Below the pieces are notes generated by a model. It had not been told where the DNA came from. It did not search any database and saw only the letters and a program-made list of their open reading frames with translations. Shown here in pieces: positions 57,276-64,000 of a DNA stretch of 64,000 nucleotides. The DNA lies in the NCBI GenBank assembly GCA_965603825.1, contig CBFDEM010000040.1, positions 62,001-126,000 on the forward strand. Reading direction: 5' to 3'. Numbering within the stretch: position 1 is the stretch's first letter; each line of letters starts with the position of its first letter. This stretch comes from Blepharisma stoltei ATCC 30299 (taxonomy: Eukaryota; Protista; Ciliophora). Made by a program: the position numbers and the translations under genes.

Positions 57276-58970
57276 CTAATTAGAATTTCTCTTTAATTTC
57301 CTCAAAGAGTATTCCTGCCAGCAATATTGAATATAAATCACTGCGTTTCTTATATAATTATACAATCTCTTTGCCTGGATCATCTTCATGTAGCTTTGTA
57401 TCATAATTGCAGCCTGCTTCTTTTTTAAGAATTTTCTTTTCTCAATAAATCCTTTGATTATTGCTTGAATTTTTATTAATTTATCGATTTTGTTTTCAAG
57501 CTTTTTTTCTGGGATAGGGGCAAGCTGGATTTTTCTAAATGTTTTCTCAGGTTTTTTATAAGGAAATGATGGGGGTATTAAAGGTAATGGAGAAATTGGT
57601 TTAGTTTCTATGGTTTTTTCTTCTTCTTTTAATTGTTTTTTTAATTCTTCTAAAGTTTCAATGGCGTTTTTAGCTTTTACATGAGCTGCCTCTAGCCGTA
57701 ATCTTTTGTATTTTTTTCTCGCTATATAACCTTTCCAAATTTTTTGGATTTTAATAGCATAGTCTACTAAATCAAGCTTAATAGCTGGAAACTTCAACAC
57801 AGCTTTTACTGGAATTGGAGACTTATCTATTTCATCATTAAAAGAGCTTGAAGGTCTAAAATTTCTTTCTTTTTCGGTATTTTTTATTTCTTTAGTATGA
57901 ACTTTTCTTTTTCCGTGCAAATCAGAAGATTGATTTTCAATGGTTTTTAATTTTTCTAAAACTTCTTTTAGCGGTAAATCGTTTTCATTATTTGAAGCTA
58001 TATTCCTCAAACTATAAGACGGTTTTTCTTTTTTTAAATTAAATAAATCAGTTGGAATAAACATTTCCATTTTATTCGTCGATTTTATTTTTCTTTGTAA
58101 ATTAATAGGCTTTTCAATAGAAGAATTTCTGCCTGTGATTCCATATAATTTTATATCAGGACTATACGAATAATCAAAACTTTTTGATTTCCCTTTTTGT
58201 TTAGGTTTGCCCACATTTTTTATGATTGGTAACAATGGTTTTTCTTTTTTCCGTGGGCCGGAGTTATTCGGTCTGTATGTGTCTCTTTCAGAGACGCTTC
58301 GCATTGATTTTGCTCTGGATTTTTCGAAGTAATATTTTACTTCTTTTGTTCTTTGCAATTCTCTTATCGATTTTACATTATTGTAACAGCTAAGGAGAGC
58401 TTCAGTAATATTATGGCCGGTTCCAATATTTTCCTCTGCTTTACCATACCCGATTTTATAGCATTCTTCTGCTTTTTCGTAATTTTTTAAGTATTCGTAC
58501 TCAACTCCTGCGTTGTGATATGCGATTGCAGTTGTAGCGCCGATGCTTGGAGCAAATTCTACTTCTTCAACGTCTTTTAAAAATTCAATAGCTTTTAAAG
58601 CATGTTTAATTGCTAGTTCATGATTCCCCATCCCCGATTGAATAGCACACATATTTAAATGCGTCCCTGCAAGGTTAGTTTTTTCTGAAGGAGAGGTAAC
58701 ATCAAGATCCAAAGCTTTTTGTAAAAATTTTAAAGCAAGGCTGACTTTTCCAGTTTTTTTATAAAAACAGCCTAGGTTGTTAAATGTGATGGCTTTCAAT
58801 TTCATTTTGATTTCACGGTCATGGGGTTGGTCAAGAAAATCTTGAGCTTTGTTTAGTAGCTGGAAAGAGGCTGATACATTACCTTGTCTCAAGTTTTCCA
58901 TAGCTGTTCTATTCCAATTTAATATCAATTCTTGAAAATCCATAGATTTTTCTCTTAGAAATAGAGCCAT
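57276..58970 (-). CDS. TPR + IQ calmodulin-binding motif protein (564 aa)
   Basis: N-terminal TPRs (TFNNLGCFYKK, AIAYHNAGVEYE) and IQ motifs IQKIWKGYIARK, IQAIIKGFIEKR and IQSYMKM. Confidence 0.85.
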   Translation of the reverse strand: MALFLREKSMDFQELILNWNRTAMENLRQGNVSASFQLLNKAQDFLDQPHDREIKMKLKAITFNNLGCFYKKTGKVSLALKFLQKALDLDVTSPSEKTNLAGTHLNMCAIQSGMGNHELAIKHALKAIEFLKDVEEVEFAPSIGATTAIAYHNAGVEYEYLKNYEKAEECYKIGYGKAEENIGTGHNITEALLSCYNNVKSIRELQRTKEVKYYFEKSRAKSMRSVSERDTYRPNNSGPRKKEKPLLPIIKNVGKPKQKGKSKSFDYSYSPDIKLYGITGRNSSIEKPINLQRKIKSTNKMEMFIPTDLFNLKKEKPSYSLRNIASNNENDLPLKEVLEKLKTIENQSSDLHGKRKVHTKEIKNTEKERNFRPSSSFNDEIDKSPIPVKAVLKFPAIKLDLVDYAIKIQKIWKGYIARKKYKRLRLEAAHVKAKNAIETLEELKKQLKEEEKTIETKPISPLPLIPPSFPYKKPEKTFRKIQLAPIPEKKLENKIDKLIKIQAIIKGFIEKRKFLKKKQAAIMIQSYMKMIQAKRLYNYIRNAVIYIQYCWQEYSLRKLKRNSN

Positions 58971-59137
58971 CTTATTTTAATTAAGACATGAGAAACTTCA
59001 CAATAACGTAATAATAACGTTCTAATTCTATATAAAATTTTTTTTTGTTTCTCTTATGCCTATTACTTTCCATAAGTACTTATTATTATAAACCCCTGTT
59101 AAATTTAACTATTCTTAATTATTCACATTTTAAAAGC

Positions 59138-60976
59138 TTACTCATTTCTTAAAAGTGAATTTCTCCTTGACTGGCTGGTCATAAACTCAATCTCTTCTCT
59201 AAATGTCTCATATCTATAATAATATCTAATATTCGACACATTCGTTTTTCCTTCATCATTTCCCATCTGTCCACCTTCCAAAAAGTCCTCTCCAAGCCAC
59301 CTTTTTTTCTCCTCAAAGCTAAATCCGCTTTGCAGGACGCTATTTCTCGCTATCTCACACAGATCAATTTGGCTTAAATCATACACTTGAGCAGCCACAC
59401 TATATTCTTCCAATAAAGGCTCTCTAGTCAAATGAATCATAAGTGGGTCATCAGTGGAAAGCGTCGCATTTAAGCCACGCTTAAAAAATTTTAAAAATGG
59501 GTTTTGCAAAAATTTCAAAAATAGCTTGTTATTGGACAGCGGGGACATAGAAAGGCCGATTTGTTTCATATAAAAAAGGTACTGCAGGACTGGATCATTG
59601 GCGAGCTCAATGCCATGGTTGATAGAATGGGCTGTCAAAAAGGCACAAGCTAGATGGTCACGGCTTCCAGCTTCTCCACAATGTGGTCTATATGCAAAGG
59701 TGTTCATCCCTCGAGCTCTTCTAAGTTGGTTTATTGCTAATAAATTTGCATAGATATAGTAACTTCAGTAGCTATATGGCGGATTTTCTTCTACGTCCCA
59801 GCTTTCTGGCTTAATTTCTTTATAATTACTATAAGAAGTGACTTTTTCCATTTGGCTTTCATCATCAACTGTGTCAAAGCCTACAATTTGTGTAAGGAAA
59901 AATGCTATATGTGGGTATTGGTCAGGGTAAAGTGTAGCTTGTAAGACTGGCATAAAAATATTTTCGATCATGTCTTGGAATGTTTTTACCTGTCTAGAGG
60001 ATTTATAAACTTTATAAATTCTTGGAATCTGGATTAACCACTTGATGCAGCGACTGTTTAGATGGTGATTTGAAAACCATTGGGATAATAAATCCCACTC
60101 GTTTGATCTTCTGCCGTAGATAGAAACTCTGTATTCAGCTAAAATATATTTTTTCTTTTCATGGTTTTTTATAACTTCACTAGTGATTTCAGCGAAATAT
60201 CTGCCTCCAATATAATTATCGGTCTTCAAAAATATTTCTCTTAGTGAAGCTTCCCCCATAGGGTTATATTTGTTATTAAACCTATCAAATCTTTGAAAAG
60301 TCACATGATCTGCATGACATTCTAGCATATCTACTGTCAATGTCGAGGTAATTCCTAGTGACTCAAACACCTGTTTTAGAGTCATTTCTCTTCCATTTTT
60401 CAATAAAACAATAGTATCAGCTTCTTTATTCATTTTCGCCTTAATGAATTTCTGTAAGTGTTTTTGGTTCATGCACGCTGATAAGTGTACGTGGTTATCA
60501 ACTTTTATTATATTATAAAAATCTTTTAAAGGACCTGTTCTTGTAGGTATGTTTTCTCTTTCAGTGTTTTGCATGATGTGCATGTCGAATTTCATTTGCA
60601 AAAGTTTTAGACGGTTATAGCAATAAGATTGGCTTATATCGTCATATGAGACTCTGATAACTCTGGTCAAATCTTGATAGAATTCTTCAGCAGAAACTAT
60701 GTTTGTGTTTATAGGGTTATCATTAATTTTAAAAGAAATGACACCGTTTTTCATTTCAGCGACGACGTTTGAGGAAGCTAATTCTTCATGAACAGGAAAA
60801 TTTGCAGAATTCGTTGTCTGACGAAATATGAAGGGGTGAGGCAAGTTGTAATCGTCATAAAAAATGTATTTATTTCGAAGTTCTAAGATATCCATGAGCT
60901 GTTTGCATGAGGCTAAGGCTTCTTTTCGTGCATATTCAGGCTGAAGATTAGTTCCTAGATACAAAATATCGTCCAT
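59138..60976 (-). CDS. AMPD: AMP deaminase (~612 aa)
   Basis: KVDNHVHLSA, FDRFNNKYNP, GFDTVDDES, RPHCGEAG, SPLSNNKLF and STDDP motifs. Two ORFs joined by TGA 59765. Confidence 0.95.
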
Positions 60977-61090
60977 GTTGTTTAGTGGCTAATTTTATTA
61001 TAATAGTCAATTAAAGCCAGAAATATTAGCTAGTTCATCATAAAAATGTTAAATTTTTATGAATTATTAAATATGATTTAATTAGTTATT

Positions 61091-61798
61091 ATGAATGCTA
61101 TAAGGTATCAACTATTCCTAAGACGATACCAAATAGACTCCACCTACATTTTCTCAATTATGAATTACAACAAGCTTAATTTCGATTTATATGTCGAAAA
61201 TGATCTCACGTCATTTAAATGCACACAAGCGCTCATACCTGATGCGAAGGAGCTTCCGCTGCTTTTAATCACAAAAAATAAGGAAGATTCTGTTTTTGTT
61301 AACTCAGAAAACATCTTGAAGCAGCTTAAATTCCAAAAAGTCCTTAAGAAAGGAATTTCATATAGTGCATGGGAAGAGCAATCTTTGGAGTTTGTAAGGA
61401 AAGAAGTCAAGCCTTTGTTTGATAATATAGCTAAAGGACCTTTAAAAGAGTTTCAGCTAGCTTATAGAAACTCAGCACAAATGACAAGAACTGTAAGTGG
61501 AGATGCTTATATCAGTGATTTGATAGGAATTTTAAAAGATTGGGCTAAGCTATGTATTGCAGATTTTTCAAAAGTTGGGTATAAGAAAGAACAATATTTG
61601 GAGATTTTAGGAAATTGGGAACAAAGACTGCAAAGACAAGATTTTCATGGAGGTAAGGAGCCTGATTTGGCTGATTTTTTTATGTTTGCGTGTATTGAGC
61701 CGACATGAATGTTTTCTAGACATTATGTAGACTTGAATTTTCACGTTAGAGAGTGGAAGAATAGGATGGATATAGTAAAAGACCAGCGTTCTAAGTAG
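61091..61798 (+). CDS. Prostaglandin E synthase 2 / GST-fold-like protein, divergent
   Basis: FHGGKEPDLADFFMF GST C-terminal motif. TGA 61706 is read through to ...REWKNRM...TAG 61798. Confidence 0.65.
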
Positions 61799-61816
61799 CT
61801 AATACAAATTATCTAA

Positions 61817-64000
61817 TTATGCATTATGTTTAATTAAAGCTAAAATCCTATCTAAAACTTCTCTATATTTTGTATGCCCAGACGCTAAATCAGTAACATT
61901 ATAATTTTCAAAATTTTCAATAGGAATTTCATAGTTTCCTATAGGTTTTTCAAATATAGAAAATGTATACAAAAGAGATAAAATTTTATCAGTTTTTGAA
62001 TAGGTGTTAACCATTCTGCCAGACACCACTGATCTACAAAGTACCCAATTTTCTATATTAAGAGGTGCAGCGCCACCTAAAAGTGTGACATCATGAATAA
62101 TTTTTAAATTCATTTTGGCTAATTCTAATAAGCATGAATAAATCACTCTCGTTCCTAATGAAAACCCAATTAAAGAAATGCAAGCATTTCCAAATACCTT
62201 ATTTGCAATAAAATGAGCTAAAATAATCCCAGTGATTTCCGCTTGTTTTGCAGACTGTTTGAATGAGTGGTTTTTTAATGCTTGTACTAATGGTAAAAAC
62301 ATCTGTGTAGGAAACATAGCATATCCTACAACTTTGGCTATTAAAGAAGGAAAATCCTTTTTGACTAAATCATTTTTTGTTTTCGAGTCCCATCTCAAAG
62401 CATAAGTTTGCCTTTGTCCTGGGGCATCTGATAGTAGCTGCCACGCAATGTTCATTTCATCACCCTGTGATAGTCAGCCAGAAATTGCAATAGTGACGTG
62501 CAACGATGAATTTATATTGATACATTCAAATGCATAATCTTTTAATTCTCCATTTATCCCTTTATTTTTGTCAATAATTTTTTGATAAATGCTAAGAGCA
62601 GATGTATAAGCTTTTCTAGAAAAGGAGCTCTCATTGATTTCTTCTTTATATTCTTCACCTATTCTTTCTAATTCAGGGTTTTTGTATTCAGAAGAGTTTA
62701 AATCGTTTATGACTTTTTGAGCATCTTCACGGACATCTAATAGCTCGTGATTAAATCTTCAATAGTTGTGCTGGGCGCTTGGAAGATGCTGGGCTATCAC
62801 TTGTTCTGCTGCTAAAATTAGTGTTCACTCAGTTTTTAAGCTAGATTTGCCAAGGATTTCTTCATATTTGTTTTGGAAAGAAATGTGAACGATTCTTCGA
62901 AGCCATTCTCTATTGATACTTGGATATAGGTCATTATATGATGAATCATACCCAGGTAAAATCGCTTTATAAGTGTTTGAAAAAATCAATAAAAGGCTTA
63001 TAATTGTAAATAACCTTGCTGAAGGATCAGTTGAGGCTAGCCACCTTTCAGCGAAAATTTCAGGATCTGAATTTCTGTCAATAGCATTAATTTGGCGAAA
63101 AGCTTCAGGTGGGATATTTAAAAACATCAAAACTGTATCTAGAGTATTTCTAGTCTCTTCTAAACTGCTAGGATTAGCTAAAATTACTATATGCCCCATA
63201 TGAATTCTTGATTCCTGGCTGCATCTTGAATTGTCAAATAGCCTTATAGCCCCACTTTTTAAGTCCTGAATTCCTGTCTGGCAAAAAATTTCGAAATTGT
63301 TTTCCAATTGTCTTATATATGACTCCAAAAAATTATTCCATTGATTTTCTACAAAAACCTTTAATTTTTCTTGGCAATCTTTTATAAGCGCATCAGGGAT
63401 TTTCCCGACTTTTGAAGATATTTGTTTAATAGCTCCAAGCTGATATTCAGTTATTTCTCCTACTCTAAAATGTGTTTCTTTAGCAGTAAGTCCTTCACAG
63501 TCAATAAAAATCTTTCCTATTGCTTCTTTTGAGTTTTCCAATGCTGATGAAATATTTTTTTCAAGAATTTTGAAAACTTGGGGCTGTTTTTGTTTTCCTA
63601 AGTCTATCATTAAAAATTCTAATTTATTAAGAATTTCTTCTAGCTTGACAAATGGCCGTGCAGAATGGTTAGGAGGATAATAAAAATCTAAAGAGTTTGA
63701 TATAGAATTTTTGTTTTGAAACGTGAGATTTTCAAGTGTGTCTAGAAATAGTATAGAAGAGGATATCCTCTGGGCATCAATTTCACTACTAGATTTTAAA
63801 ACGAGCTCTTCAGACTGTTTAGAAAGCAATAAGTTTATACTTTCAGCATTTAGCTGTGACAGGTTATCTAAAGATCCTGCTTTTATTGACTGAAAAATTT
63901 CACTGTCGAGATCAGATTCTAACCCTTGAGATTTCATAAGTTCGACTATTTTGTCTTTTCAAAGCACTTCGAGCTCGACTTGATTTATAGGAAAAACCAA
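61817..64000 (-). CDS. DUF726/TMCO4-like alpha/beta-hydrolase-fold protein, 5' end outside window
   Basis: ISG-W(TGA 62474)-L, LIGFSLGTRVI, VVSGRMVNTYSKTDKIL and GHTKY motifs. The frame is open to the window end via TGAs 62759, 62825 and 63959. Confidence 0.82.

Noticed and set aside
5729-63203. Numerous 60-180 aa ORFs overlapping larger genes
   Set aside because: These are shadow ORFs, mostly F/S/L-rich antisense mirrors of E/K-rich coding strands.
352-63961. TGA as selenocysteine or cysteine
   Set aside because: Where family conservation can be judged, TGA aligns with Trp or aromatic positions rather than catalytic Cys. There are also too many TGAs in non-redox proteins.
1-64000. CRISPR arrays, operons, transposases, telomeric repeats or retained IESs
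   Set aside because: None seen. The DNA is eukaryotic and all CDSs are restored by TGA=Trp plus 15-nt introns, consistent with macronuclear DNA. IESs in spacers cannot be excluded by eye.

Overview
This is gene-dense, AT-rich eukaryotic DNA, almost certainly the macronuclear genome of a heterotrich ciliate (Blepharisma-type). The standard-code ORF track fragments many genes for two reasons. (1) TGA is a sense codon for Trp: by manual count about 52 in-frame TGAs occur in 20 genes, many at conserved Trp positions, and every gene whose end is in the window stops at TAA or TAG. (2) Genes carry 15-nt spliceosomal introns; seven were found, all matching GTAnnnnnTATnTAG. Re-read this way, the window holds about 33 protein-coding genes, including eIF3a, SF3B3, RFC1, AGPS, AMP deaminase, an ABCA transporter, INTS3-like, CGI-121, a TOG-array protein, CEP131-like, DnaJ-thioredoxin, Ssn6/Cyc8-like TPR, CDPK and MARK-like kinases, and DUF726. 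Genes are packed with spacers as short as 2 bp (convergent) and 20 bp (divergent). The most unusual items are a WD40-propeller/TRP-like channel fusion, a degenerate epsilon-like tubulin, a probable pseudokinase CDPK, and an intact ABCA gene flanked by decayed copies of its own 5' end (upstream) and 3' end (downstream). No convincing tRNA, rRNA, transposon, CRISPR or telomeric repeat was seen. Family assignments come from recalled motifs, not database searches.
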